A stretch of 64,000 nucleotides of DNA from positions 22,818,001 to 22,882,000 of the forward strand of contig CM052832.1 in the NCBI GenBank assembly GCA_028534125.1. Reading direction: 5' to 3'. Shown piece after piece: positions 38,300 to 51,965 of this stretch. The translations under genes were made by a program, and so were the position numbers. The notes below the pieces were generated by a model that saw only the letters and a list, made by a program, of their open reading frames with translations, was not told the DNA's origin and searched no databases. Position 1 is the stretch's first letter; each line of letters starts with the position of its first letter. The stretch is from Lama glama (taxonomy: Eukaryota).

Positions 38300-38877
38300 T
38301 TTCCCTCCCGTAACTGAGAGGTGTCCTTGAACATGACAGGACATCTCTCCTCTTGGGTTGCATGGCAAAAAGAATTTTGCAAATGTAATTTTGGTGACTA
38401 ATTACTGACTCTGAGTGTACCAAAAGGGAAATTATTTAAGTGGGTCTGACCTAATCACACGAGCTCTTTAACTTTGGGTCTAGAGGATGAAGACCAGCAA
38501 GGTCACAGGTTTGGAGAATAAGAAGATCTGACTTGCCAGCGCTAGACCGGAAATGGAAGGGACCACATGGCAAGGAACGCCAGTAGCCTCTAGATGCTGA
38601 GAGCAAAGTTGAGAGAAACGTCCGTCCTGTAACTGCAGGAAACTGAACTCTGCCAACAACAAGAATGCGCTTGGAAGTGGATTCTTACTCCCAAAGCTTC
38701 CAAACAAGACCTCAGCCTCAAGTGGGATCTCAGTTCAGACCTATGGCACCCTGAGCAGAGAAACAAACCATTCTGCACACACTCCAGGCCTACAGAAACG
38801 GTAATATAATAAATCTGTGTTGTTTTAAGATGCTGGGTTTGTAGTAATTTACGCATAGTAATAGAAAACTAACGCAC
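38300..38877 (+). mobile_element. MaLR solo LTR (MLT1D/E-like)
   Basis: 'catggcaaaaagaattttgcaaatgtaatt', 'ggaaactgaactctgccaacaac...gcttggaagtggattctt', end 'taatagaaaactaacgca'. Confidence 0.88.
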
Positions 38878-39989
38878 CCAGGTGGTGTGTAATAGCTCAG
38901 AGAGATGCCCGAGGCAGAGCCTGGGAGAGCCAGAAGTTCCATCCCACCTGTTTCAGCGTGAGTCCCATCACTACGAGGCACTATCTTCTTGAGCCATCAG
39001 CCCCTTGGGTTTAGCATCTTCACCCCCACCCAGACCTTGGGAATGAGGTCCTGGGAGTCTCTTATTGGCATGGCTTTTAATTCATCACTCAACACACCAG
39101 GTTTTTCTTTACTAGTCAGAAAATCCTGTCCCAATCAATAGTGCACTTTATGATCTAGCATCCACCTGAAAGACAGAAGAACAAATCACACTAACGGTTA
39201 AACCACCAGAACAGGGCCAGATGATGAACAGAAGGCTGCAATGGAAATGGAAAACCTTTGTTCTGGCAGAGAAGGGAGAGGCTGTATGCTCAAAATTGTC
39301 AAGCAATGAGAGCAGAAATGGGCTGTGTGGTAGTTATCACATTCTCTACTCAACAGCTGGGCAACTGGGTACTGTTTGGGTACTCATAGCCCCACTTCCA
39401 CCCATCCTGCATGACTCACAGCCTTGTCCATCCTATGATACATCAATACATCAAGAGCTGCCATTGAGGGAAGTGGAACAGTCTGACAGAGAACTGGAGA
39501 CCATGGTGGGGGTGCCGGTACATCAAAGAGAAGGAGAGCAAAGATTAACTTAAACCTTCCAACAAGCTAAATATTTTAAAAGAAAGACACATCTGACCAA
39601 GAGGGGAAAGTGATAATGTGTCCCCAGGGTAATCTGTATTGGCTGCTTCTCCATTCTCTGTATTTTCTTTTTTTGATGTAAAACTGAAGTCTATCATGCC
39701 ACATTGCACACATTATCTATGCACACAAAGCCTGCAGTCAACCTATCCTTTCCAAAAAGACTAGTGGGAATACAGATCACACAGTTGCAAAGGAAAACTG
39801 TTCCAAGTAACCTGCTAACATATGTACAACTGATACTAACTTCTAAACTGAGAGCTTTTGACTTTAAGTGACTAGTAAGAGATGGAAGCTGTCTGTGAAT
39901 GCTGGAAACATGAATGTCTTACAGACACAGATAGAGTAACAGTGTGAACTAAGACAGGAAGATGGACAAGAGAATGGCAAAGAACATGG

Positions 39990-41590
39990 CACATTAGGGA
40001 AAAAATAAAGGTCATGGACCATCTATTACACCAAAACTACTTTGTGGTTCACTAACAAATATGAATATGTAACTCAGGGTCACCAGACATTTGAGTAAAA
40101 CTTATAACAATGGGGTTTATAAAATAAACAACAAAAAAGGCTTATAAGAAAAGAATAATTGATTCTGGAAAGAAAAATATAATTCAGGAAGGAAAGGGAA
40201 CTTTAAAATTGTTATTGCAGTACTCTCAGATTTGAGAAACTATCCTATCCAGAATTACACGTGATCAAAGACCTAGAAACTGTTCTTGTAAATATTACAT
40301 AAAATTGTCGAAATAAAACACTGAAGAGGATAACTGAATAATAACTTGGACACAAGTTATTAAAGTTGCCGATCCAAAAGATTCTTAGATGTTTATCCCT
40401 CTAAGCACTCATGTCTAAGAACATAAAGCAGAACCACTAAGAGATGAAAAACATGAGAAAAAATATTGAGACACGAGTAATATTTATTTAAAATATGTTA
40501 AGTGTTCAAAAATAAAGTAAAACAAATCGTTGAAAATGTAACAGGAAAATCATTCTAAGATACACATCTTCAGATTTGAAAGGGGCTACAAAGTAACTGT
40601 GTATTAATTTATTGTTAGTTTATTCAGCAAATGTTTATTGAGCTCAGTTTATTCCAACTTTGGGGGATATAAAAATGAGTATCAAAAAGAATAAAAAATA
40701 TTTTATTTAGACAGTACTTTAATATGGTCTCCAAGATTCCCACCTCTTTACATACATGCCCTATATTCTCTCCCCTTGAGTGCGGGGAGGGTCCTAAAAC
40801 TATGACGGCTGTTACCCCCATGCTAAGTTACATTATGCAGTAAAGGTGAAGGAATTTTGCAGATATAATTAAGGTCCCTAACCAGTCTGACTTTGAGTTA
40901 AGTCATCCAGTCTAAAATAATCTTCTAGTCTGACCTACAAATGAGCTCTTTAAAAGTGGATTTAGGACTTCCTAGAGCTTGAAGACTAGAAGAAGAAACT
41001 ACCTCTTTCTGTTGCTATGTTTGAAGAAGGAACTTTCCATGAATTCTACAGCATCAAGGAAATAAATTCTGCCAACAACATGAGGGACCATGGAAATAAA
41101 TTCTTCCCTAGTCAAGGCTCCCAGTAAGAATGCAGCACTATAAACACCTTGATTGTAGCCTCGTGAGACCCCGAACAGAAGACTTAGCTAAGCCTCTCCA
41201 GGAACTCTGACCTATGCTATGACAAACAGGTGTTATCTTCAACTGCTAAGTTTGTGGTAATTTGTTAAGCAGCAATAGAAATCTAATACAATATCTACAG
41301 ACATTACAGTAAAATTTCAAAACTCCAAGTGTTAAGAAAAACTCCTTAAAGCTTCCAAAAGAGATTTTACAAGTTATGAAAATCAGAATAACTTTAGAAT
41401 TTTTATTAATAATACCATATTCTAGAAGAAAATGGAAAGATGCCTTCAACATTCTGAGGGGAAATGATTCAGAGCCAAACAATTAATAAAATGAGAGAGT
41501 GAATACAGACATTTTCTGACATGCAAGGACTCTGAAAGTCCACTGTCCATATGGCATGATTCTGAGAAAATTATAGAATGTAAGATAAAA
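39990..41590 (+). mobile_element. HAL1/L1 ORF1-like remnant interrupted by an MLT1 LTR
   Basis: 'caccagacatttgag', 'cttcagatttgaaagggg', then after the LTR 'ctagaagaaaatggaaagatgccttcaacattctgaggggaaatgatt' and 'cagacattttctgacatgcaaggactc'. Confidence 0.55.
40705..41290 (+). mobile_element. MaLR solo LTR (MLT1E-like)
   Basis: 'ctccccttgagtgcgggg', 'ggaattttgcagatataattaaggtccctaaccag', 'aattctgccaacaac', end 'aagtttgtggtaatttgttaagcagcaatagaaatctaataca'. Confidence 0.9.
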
Positions 41591-41709
41591 AATAATCAAT
41601 TTGATCTTCACCCTTGGAAGTCTCCTTAGAGGGATAAACCTGAATATGTATATGTGCCAGATGCGGCACTTACATCTGGAGTATCGTAGTATTGTAAGTG
41701 CTTATTATT

Positions 41710-42300
41710 TTTCTTTCTACATTTTTATTGAGGTAGAATATATACAGAAAGAGAGAAACTGATGAGCATCAAGTTCACTAATCTTAATAAGGTTTGATGG
41801 GTTTTCAAAGGTGTATACATCTAAGTAATGACTACTAAAACCAAAATATGGAACATTTCTAGCCCCCCAGAAGACAGTTAGCTTTATGCCCCTTTCCAGT
41901 CATACTCCAACCCCCACCCCCTGCCAGAAAATGGTAACCCCACTTCTGCTTCTATCACCACTGATTAGTTTTGTCAGTTTTTGAACTTCATCTATATGCA
42001 GTCCTCTGGTGTGTATTATTTAGTGCTTGGCTTCTGTTGCTGAGAGGGTCGTTCTTATCATTATGTTTGCCAGTAGCTCATTCTGTTTTCATTGCTGTGT
42101 AATATTTAATACATCGCTTCATTGATATACTGCGATGTAGCCAGTCTCCTTTTAGACAGTTGAGTTGTTCTGGGGTTTTGGCTATTATGAACAAAGCTGC
42201 CGTGAACATCCTTCCACAGTACTTTGGTGCATGTGTGCACTCATTTGTGTCTGGGCAAATACCTGAGAGTGGGATTGCTGGCTCATGGGGTACTAGTTAT
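41710..42300 (-). mobile_element. Old L1 3' end (L1ME/L1MB-like)
   Basis: 'gattagttttgtcagtttttgaacttcat', 'ggctattatgaacaaagctgccgtgaacatcc', 'atacctgagagtgggattgctggctcatggg'. Confidence 0.8.
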
Positions 42301-42479
42301 TTTATTGTTTTTAACATTTACATTGAACCTATAGGGAAGACACTGAAGACTCATGTATAGTGATTAAGTAAATAAAATAACAAAAATCTTAGTAACTTCA
42401 AAGCAAGGTTAAAACTGAAAGAAGTAAAAGTTTGGTGGAAAAAAATCCTCCAGCTCACTTATTTATATCCACCCAACTA

Positions 42480-43045
42480 TAATCAGGGTAAACTTCTTGC
42501 AACTCTACTCTGATCACACTTTTCCTCTGCTCAAAAACCATTAAGTGCTTTCCCCTTGCTCTTAGGAGGAAGGCAAAACCCCTTAATAAGGCCTGCAAAG
42601 ATCTGTGGGGCCAGCCTATATGCTCTTTGCCCTTCCTGGCTTTCTCTACTTGAGTCCCACTGGCTTTTTTCGTATCACACCCTCCATGACTTTTCTGCCA
42701 CAAGGCCTTTGCATAAACTTCCCTTCTGCCTGAAATGTTCTGGTTACCATTTTCCACACAGTTCAGTCCTACTCATCCTTCAGCTCTCTTATGAAGGGTA
42801 ATTTCTCCCAAGAAGCCATCTTTGAACTCCTTAATATAAATTCTCTTAACTTTATGAACTTCTGGACAGCACTTGTCATTGCAATTTACCTGTCTGTGTT
42901 ATCAGTGCTTGATTTTTGCCTTTTTCATTAGGTGGTAATCTCCACGATGACAAGGTTTATGTCTGTTTTAGACATTTTTTTTTTGCCAGAATCTAGCACA
43001 GTGTTTGGTCAATGTGGGCACTCAATAAATATTTACCAAGCAAAA
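42480..43045 (+). mobile_element. L2 LINE 3' fragment
   Basis: 'ctgatcacacttttcctctgctcaaaaacc', 'ctagcacagtgtttggtcaatgtgggcactcaataaatattt'. Confidence 0.8.
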
Positions 43046-43739
43046 GAAACAATCTTACATGATGGAAATAATTTTGGAAATGAAGAACGAATATCATTTA
43101 AAATTATGAAGGTAATCACTTGAAAGGCTGAAAATAACAGTATACTATTTGCCTGCGTCAGAGTTGGATGCAGAGTAAGGCATATTTGAGTAGGTTACTT
43201 GAGGCTGTTGATGAATGTTCTAGATCTGTGATAAACTCAAGCCTTCTAGGGTAAAGTGAAGCAGTGAAGCCACAAACTGATTTGAAGACCTATCAAGGGT
43301 AACAGAAGGACTAGGAAATTCACAGAGTAAAACATCCAGGTTCCCAGGAGCTGGTTCAGGCCATCAGGGATTAGGGCAAAACATCTCCGTCCTGGATGGG
43401 TCCTGCATGTGCCCCACACTAATCGCAGGGCCAGTGGCAGAGATACCAAACCAAACTGGCACGAATCACAACGCAAGCATGGAATAGAGGGAACAAAACA
43501 TCAGTCATATAATAGGTTTCAAACAGAAGATCTCAACAGCTGAACAGGGCAAATACTTTCACCCTAACTGCTGAATCTGAGCAAGGGCTTGGGTGCTCAG
43601 GGGAAAACATGATAGTCAGGTACAGGAATGTGAGGGCAAGGGGGGCCGTATTAATTCCGGTAAACCTTGCCTGACTTGCGGTCTCAGGAACTTTCTTAAA
43701 GGGCCAGGATCTTGCCTTCTGGGCTGTGTCACAGAACAT

Positions 43740-44030
43740 TTTTAGTATATGCCAACCTGTTTTCGAAGTTCAGCTCAAAACTGACTCTTTTTCTCTGTTG
43801 CCCAAAGCCAGAAATAATTACCACTCTCTCCTCCATCTCCCAAGGCACTTTTTCCAATTTTTTTTAATGGCATTTGGCATGTTATATTATGTACTCTGGT
43901 TACATATGTGCATTCCTTCCCTCATTAATCTATGAACTCATGGGAATTTGGGTATACGCATTTGTCACCGGGACTGGCCATAGGTCTCGCACGTCATGGG
44001 TGAAAGAAAATTCGATAGCAGATTAAGTAC
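43740..44030 (+). mobile_element. L2 LINE 3' fragment (highly diverged)
   Basis: 'ttcgaagttcagctcaaaactgactc' and a decayed L2 tail. Confidence 0.45.
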
Positions 44031-47000
44031 CACCTGAGGACTCCACAATGACAAATTTTGCCCATCTCTTTTGAGACTGAATTGTCCTATGCTATGTGCC
44101 TTACGACTATGCTTTGATTAGTGTCACAGAATTCAGAATTTACATTGTCATATACACGCTGAAACTATATACTATTATTTCTGCTTATAACATTTAGAGG
44201 AATGAGTATGTTTTCTGTCTGTGTTAACAGGTACTCCACATTTTTCTACATCAGATATTTGTTTCAAGAAACTAGTCACTGACTTCATTAATATTTGAGA
44301 AGATATTTGAATACGTCTGTTTTAAAAACAACGATTTGTGCAGGCTGTATAGTTAAGCTATTTCTAAGATTATATCATTTAAATCCTTAAGAAAGTTATA
44401 TTTTTCCACAAAGACAAACTAACTCCACTTATCCATTGTCTATAAACCTAAAGTAGTAATGAAAATGTCTTAAAGAGAAGAAACAGAAGCCACATTCAAG
44501 GTGAGCAATTTTCTGTGATTTTTAAGAATATGCAAAGAAATTCTGAGTAACCTACACATTTAAGTTGTGATTTCTAAGAAACAAGAGATGTGGGGCCTCC
44601 TTATGTTCCAGGAATTCCTTTTCTCCTCCTCTCCTAAGGCTGTTATTTCTTTTTGTGTTATTATGGATGAAATTGGTTTAGAACATAAAAAACAGAATTG
44701 ACATTTCATCCTTGAATAATGCCAAAGATAATATAACCAGGAAAGTTTTTTCAAAGCATGTCTGAGTACATACTTTTGAATTTTACTGGAAAACATGTCA
44801 TTCCATTCAGAACTCTGGATTAAGATGCACTTTTTTTTTTTTTTTGCTGAAGGCTATTTTAAATTAGGCTAATAAATTGCTCCTCTCTGCCTTGCGTGAT
44901 AATGCATTACATTATCTGGTGATGTACATGTATTGTTTGACTCTAATGGTGTGGAAATTAAATGTTAGACATGGACCAGATGTTCCTATAGATGAATGTG
45001 AAGTATGACTCTGGCATAGCTGTCTCCTTGGGACAGAGAGGAAGGATGTGATAACCAACAATAACAACCACCTCAAAAAACACCCTCTGATACTGATCGA
45101 ACACCGTGAGAACTCACGTTGTGTAAGCCCAGATCCTCCCAGTCCTTGTCTGTGGAAAGGGTTATGAATGTTGGCACAATCTGCACCTGCTCATGAGGAA
45201 AGAAATCTTGTTTCCCAAAATACAGAATAAAACAAAATCATGAATATAAAAGTACCTGGAGGGGTGTCCAGAGACGGTAAATATTTGTCATCTTTATTTG
45301 ACAGACAGGAGCAGTCTGGAATGTTTCCCCAGACTGAGAAGTGGCAGTGAGATTTCCACGGGTCATTCCTTTGTGCTGCAGAGCTCCCAGCAGGGGGGGG
45401 TGCATGCAGGAATTAGGGGAAGGGAAATGGCAAACAAATGGGCCTTATGGTGAATTTTAATGAAGATTCCCTGCTGGCTTTAGCCCCCACTGGAAAAAAA
45501 AGGGGGGGAAAAAAGAAACCCATGATATCCTATTTGAGGCTAATTTAGGAATGGGATTGTAACTCAAGTAGTAGGAACATGTCAGAGGTATGAGTTGGGG
45601 TTAGGAGAGTACACAGGATGTTTGCTGCTGTTGCTTCTACTGATGTTAATCAGACTACTGATATCCTGTTGATACATCTTTGGCAATCGGCAGAGAAGTG
45701 GCACAGGAGATAAATACATTATATCATTTACCGTAAGTCTTTACCCACTCACTGAGAAACGTCTTTGCACATCCATGCTAATGGATGTAAGGTCTGGGCT
45801 TCTGGAAGCTTAGAGGTGGGTGCACTTCAGCTGTGGACAAGAAGGTGAAGAAGGGAATCTATGGATGTGCTCGACAATATCCAACAAGAACTGTGGACAG
45901 GGACAAACGCATCTCAGCGAAAGGCTAGGTCAGTGTTTGCAAGCACCTTCTTTTAAAAGCGCTATTGAATTCAAGAGGCACATCACGAGAAAACGTAATG
46001 TGGAGAAAGCAAAGAATTTATCCCTTTGTGGGTTATTTCAGCTGCACGTGTTGCTATCATTCTCCCCCTCGCTCTCTCGTGCTTTGCTTGAAATAAGGGA
46101 CAGTGAGGGATTCACTGCTTTGTGCACTAGAGGTTTTGTCTGTATGCTTCTCATTAACAGTGGTATTTCCTTTCTGATTTACGTGACTCCATTACTTTTT
46201 CCTTTATTTAGCATCATTTCTGATTTTTAGTCCAATAAACTTTGATTTCTCAGGAGTATTCTAACTTTTTTCTTTTGCCTTGTTCTTCTCTCTTCTTTCT
46301 TTCTTGTCTTTTGGAAAAAAAAAAGTAGTGTTTTGAAAATCTTTTTCCTATTGATCACAAAGATAAAGTAGTCAGTTTCTATCTCACATGAATTTTCTAC
46401 ACAGAAAAGTGTCATGCCTTTCTCCATCTCCCCCTCAAGCTGCCGTATGCGAACAGAAATCTGTTCTTTTCCGATTTTAAAAGTATTATTAATTACATAT
46501 TCAATGTGTTCATAGTGTCATCAGTTCCAGACAAATTAAAAGAATCTATTCCCGCCTTCCAGGACCACTAAAGTTCATGAATTGATAAGTAACTGTCTGA
46601 CACCTTCACATTTTGGGTAAAGTTGCTTCCATTTCTCTTGGTCCTGGAAGTTTTCCTTCCTTATCATTTAATCAGATCAGATTCTTATGAGCCCTGAAAT
46701 AGACAGTTTGCCAAATACCTTTTGATAGGTTGATGTTGGCATTTTTGTGCTTAACAAGCTTCCTGGTTATTCTGCCAAAAGCAAAAATTGAAAACCTCCA
46801 TCTATGGTCAAACTATCTTCTTCCTTTTAAAAAATGTGTTAAAAGATACCTTTAATAATTAGACATTAAATAGTCTCATTTGCTCAAAAAGAGCAAAATG
46901 GAGGAAATGAGGGAGAACAAGGATGGTCTTGCTCTTGATCGCTCATTTTCTCTAGCCTTACACTTCTTCAGCTCTGGTACGGTAAGCGGATGGACTCAGG

Positions 47001-47227
47001 AAGAAGGGAAGGAGACTAATTTGACCAACATTAGCTTCCACAAGAAGAGTCATCCAGAGAATCAAGATAAGTTCACTAGATACTTTATTGGGATTGGAGA
47101 CTAAAGCCTTAACTGTCTTTGTCCTCTGGTGTGTCCATTGCACACCTACAGAGGCAGATTACTATGGCAAGATAACATGGGAATCCAGGAGCCTTAGTAA
47201 CGTCCAAATACTAAATACCATATAGCT

Positions 47228-47490
47228 AGAATGGTGTATTGGTAAAGAATATGAATTTGGGAGTTAGGGAGGCTTGAAATGGAATCACATCATCACCACC
47301 AGCTGCCTGTGTGGTCATGGACAAGTAGTTTATATTCACTCAACCTCAGCTTTCTTATTTGTACAATAAATGTGACTATAGTACCCACTACATAGGATTT
47401 CTGTGATTATTAAATGGCATAAAATACATCAAAATGTTTAATCAAGGGCTTAGTGCATATCCCCTCAATACATGTTATCTGCTATTAGTA
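47228..47490 (+). mobile_element. MIR SINE, near full length
   Basis: 'tgtgtggtcatggacaagtagttt...cctcagctttcttatttgtacaat...atagtacccactacataggatttctgtgattattaaatgg...ctcaatacatgtta'. Confidence 0.85.
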
Positions 47491-48769
47491 GAGCATTAAT
47501 AATAACCACAATCATATTAGTAAAGGTTAGGAAGAGGGATTTTTAAGGAGCCCAGTCAGACTCTGGCTGTTTAAGATAATCAAACTCCCTTTTCTACTTT
47601 ATTTTCCATGTAAGATTTATTATGACCCCTGTGAAACAGGTGCCACTTGTTTTATTAGGTGATCATGACCACTTAATATATTACGTTGGGTTTAGTCAAA
47701 ACAGACTCTCCGTATTTTTGGAAAATTCATTTTCATTTTTTAAGCCTACTGTGACAAAATTAATCAGGTACTCACTCTAATGTGTATTAGAGGCTCTACA
47801 ATAAATGTGAGTGTTTTTCCTCAATGCAACAGTCCTGGTGGACTGCAATCTTGAAATCTAATTGGGCACTGAGGCTCACACGTATGAAGCAACATGAATG
47901 CGGAGAAAAACAATAGTACCATATGCAAGAACTCTGCTTTTCAGACTATTATGAGTTTTACTACCCGCTTAGGTCTTTCATCTTTTGCTTTATTGGTTTT
48001 TTTTCCCCCTCAAAGCATACAAAGGCTTTCTATGCGAATTCTAGACCTACTACAATTGCTTACTGGCTTAGCAAACTATGCTTGCTTGAAACTGACTTGC
48101 CCAGAAATTACTAGATTTGAGTTCTTTATGTTAACCCAGAATAGTCAATCTCAGTTTGACCTCTGATATCACTATCATTTAAAGGGCTTAGGTTTGGTAT
48201 CCAGTCCCTGCTGTCTTCCCGTTCTAACCCTTCCCTCCAATCTTGCTTTTGCTGTCCTTGATTTCACTCTGATGGTGCCAAAAGACTGCCAGCACTGCCA
48301 TGATACCTGTATTGTGTACAGTTCAGCAAGTGTTTCACACGTAATTGGTTCACTTAAACATATGAATAGGCACTAAATCATGGAGGATGTAATGTGTGGG
48401 TTTAAGTGTGTAGATAAAAGATGTATTGGCCAAGGAAGATTTCATAAAATGGGAGAACTGAACTGGGCACTGAAGATGGTGCATGATACTGCTCAATCTT
48501 TCATGCTTTCCAACTTCCTTCATTTGTTCAGATTTATATAACAAGTGAATCTACACTCCTTATGTAACATTCAAAAAACAAGAAATGGAGAGCAGAGGAC
48601 CCCTACTTTGAAATTGTTCCAATACAGCTCTCTTCACACCACTCCAGCCCTTCCTCTATGCGTTTTCACATACGCATGCACATGGAGATGCATATGTTTT
48701 TAAATACGTGGGATTACACTCTATTTCATCCCATAACTTTCTTGTCTTTATTGACAATTTGCCTTGGTT

Positions 48770-51270
48770 AATTTTTTTTTCCTCACACATATTTTTAGTG
48801 AGACATAATTCATGTACCATAAAATTTACTTCTTGAAAAAGTACAATTCAGTGGCTCTTAGTATGTTTACAAAATTGTTCAAACATCAACAGTATTAATT
48901 CCAGGATATTTCATTACCCCAAAAAAGAAACCCGTTAGTCATTAGTAGTTATTTTCATTCTCCCCTTCCTCAGGTCCCCAGAAAACACCAATCTGTGTCT
49001 CTGCAGATTTGCCGATTCTTGACATTTTGTATGAAGAGAATCTATGTGGCCTTCTGTGTTTGTCTTTTCTCCTGTAGCATGTTTTCAGAGTTCATCTATG
49101 TTGTGTCATGCATCCGTTTTTCATTTCTCTTTATGTAAGAATACTCCATCGTATAGACATACCAAATATGTTTATCCATTCATCAATCAACTGACGTTTG
49201 GCTTGTTTCCACTTCTTAGCTATTGTAAATAATGCTGCTATGACCATTCATGTACACACTTTCATGTGGACATATGCTTATACGTCTTCATTCCTCTTGT
49301 GTATGTGAATCTTGGAACTGCTACGTCATAAAGTGACATCTGGTTTGAAGTATGGTAACACAGTTTGAAAAACTGCCGAACTGTTTTCCAGTGTGGCTAT
49401 ACCACTTTCTAATCCCAAGAGTAGTGTATGAGGATTCCAATAACTCCATATCTTTATTATTATCTATGTTTCTGATTACAGCCATCCTAGTGGGGATGAA
49501 GCGGTATTTCACCATGGTTTTGCTTTGTGTTTCCCTAATGACTAATGATGTTGAACATCTTTTGATGTGCTTCTGGCCATTTGTATATTTTCTTTGAATA
49601 AGTGTCTATTCAAATCATTTGGTCATTTAAAAAATTGGGGTTTTTTTTGTGGTCGAGTTGAAAACGATCTTTATATACTTCTCAATACTAGACGTTCATC
49701 AGATATATGATTTTCAAATATTTTCTCATGTTACACAGTTTATCTTTTCATTGTCTTGATAACATCCTTTGATGTACAAGTTATTTTAAATTTCAGTTAA
49801 GTCTGACATCTACTTTTTGTTGTTACTTGTATCCTTTTGTTTTACATATACTTTTGATATTATAGCTAAGCAATCACTACCCAAACTAAGAACACACAAT
49901 TCCCTGCCTGTTTTCTAAGAGTATAGTTTTAGCTATTGCCTTTAGGTTTTTTAAAACTCATTTTGATTTAATTTTTGTATATGATGTGAAGTGATTTTAC
50001 TTGTCAATTTCTGCAAATCAGTCAGCTGAGATTTTAAAAGGGATTGTGTTGAATGTAAAGGTCCATTTGAAGGAGTGTTGCCATCTTAACAATAATAATT
50101 TTTCCAATCCATGAACACAGGATGTCTTTCCATTTATTTAGGTCTTTGTTCATTTCTTTCAATGACGTTTTATAGTTTTCAGTGTACAAGCCTTTCACTT
50201 ATCTTCAAATATTACATAGTTTTTGATGTTATCATAAACAAAATAGTTTTCTCAAATTTCACTCTTGAATTGGTCATTGTTAGGGTATAGAAATACAATT
50301 GTCTTTTGTACATGATATTGTATCCTGTACTCTTGCTCTAAATTTTTGGCTATAATATACACAGGTTTTTTTTTTTTCCATTTTGTGGGCTCTTTAATAT
50401 TTTCTCTAGGCAAGAGCATGTCATAGAGGTGGTTTTACTTTTTACTTTTAATTTGGATGACTTTCATTTCATGCTTTTGCTTAACTGCCCTGGCTAGCAC
50501 TCCCCTGCTCCCCCCCCACCACAGTAAAATGTTAAATCAAACCATCAAGGACAGACAGCCTTGTCTTGTTCCTGATCTTGGGGGGGAAGTTTTCAGTGCA
50601 TCATCATGAAGTATACTGTTAGCTGTGGGTTTTTCACAGATTCCCTTTATCAGGTGAGGCAGTTTCTTTCTATTCCTAGTTTGTTCAGTTTTGGGTTTTT
50701 TTTAAATCATGAAAGGGTATTTAATTTTGTCCAATGCTTCTTCTGCATCCATTGAGATTAAAAAATGTGTTTTTATTCTTTATTCTATTAACATTATATA
50801 TTTATTGGTTTCCATGTGTTGAACCAACCTTGCATTCCTGGAATAAATCCTCCTTGGTCACGGTGTAGCTATCATCTTTTGTGTGTATCTCTGGACTTGC
50901 TTTGCTAGTATCTTGTTGAGAATCTGTATTCATAAAGTATATTGGTCTATAGTTTTTTTTTTCTTTATGATCTCTTTGGCTTTGGTAGCAGGGCAATATT
51001 GGCATCATAAAACAAATTGGGAACTGTTCTTTCTTCTTCTTTACTGTTCACAAAAGTTTGAGAAGCACTGGTGTCAATTCTTCTTTAAATATTCACCAGT
51101 GATGCCACTGGCCCTGGGCTTTTCTTTACTTTATGGAAGTTTTTTGATTGGTAATCCAATCTCTTTACTTGTTATAGGGCTATTTTTTTTTAATTTTTTG
51201 TCAGTTTTGGTAGTTTGTGTCTTTCTTGGAATTTGCTCATTTCATCTAGGCTATCTAGTTTTTTGGAATA
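48770..51270 (-). mobile_element. L1 (L1MB-like), about 2.5 kb, 3' UTR plus decayed ORF2
   Basis: Minus ORFs 'KYRFIPTRMAVI' and 'KKNYRPIYFMNTD' are L1 ORF2-like; tail 'taattcatgtaccataaaatttac...gtacaattcagtgg'. An internal deletion appears near 49990 relative to the 28130-28410 copy. Confidence 0.92.
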
Positions 51271-51609
51271 CAGTGAATTTCATGAATAAACTTCTTCTGA
51301 ATTTGAGTGATATTATGTGGCATGAATGTACCTTAATTTGTTTAGCTACCAACATTTTCCCCTGATTTTTCTTATTTTGAGAAGTGTTACAAGGAAGAAG
51401 AAACAAATTGTTCTCACTTATGTGAGAAAATTTTCTTTCTGGCAATTTACTCTCAGATTTTTATTTTGTCTTTCTCTTATCATGTATATGCAATAATAAT
51501 TATTTTAGGTTCTCTGTTCTTTTAATTTCTTAGACTAGTATGTTTACATTATTGTCTTGCTTTCAGGTCATGTGGAAGAGATAACAGTAAGCATTTTCCA
51601 AGTTCAGTT

Positions 51610-51965
51610 TTATTGTCCTCTTCCTGAACACACAGGAACACTGCATTCCTCAGCTTCTTTTGCAGTTAGATCAGGGCCATGTGACTAGTTCTGACCAATA
51701 GGCTATAACTAAAACTGCAGTTTTCACTTTTAAGCCAATGTAAAAAAGTGCAAGAATGAGTCCTCTACATCCTCTTTTCTTATTTCCAGTGGCTACTGTG
51801 ATCACTTATTAAGGCAGAATTATGGCACCAATCTAGCTCCTGCGTCAATGATTTGAAAATAGCTGCTGGTAGAGGATCTTCCTGACTTCATCAGACTTTG
51901 TTGCGCTGTTACTGAGATTCTGGATCCATCTGTTACCACAACAGCACTTAATTTATCCTAATACA
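51610..51965 (+). mobile_element. MaLR LTR (MLT1I/J-like)
   Basis: 'tttgcagttagatcagggccatgtgactagttctgaccaatagg' and terminus 'tgttaccacaacagcacttaatttatcctaataca'. Confidence 0.75.
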
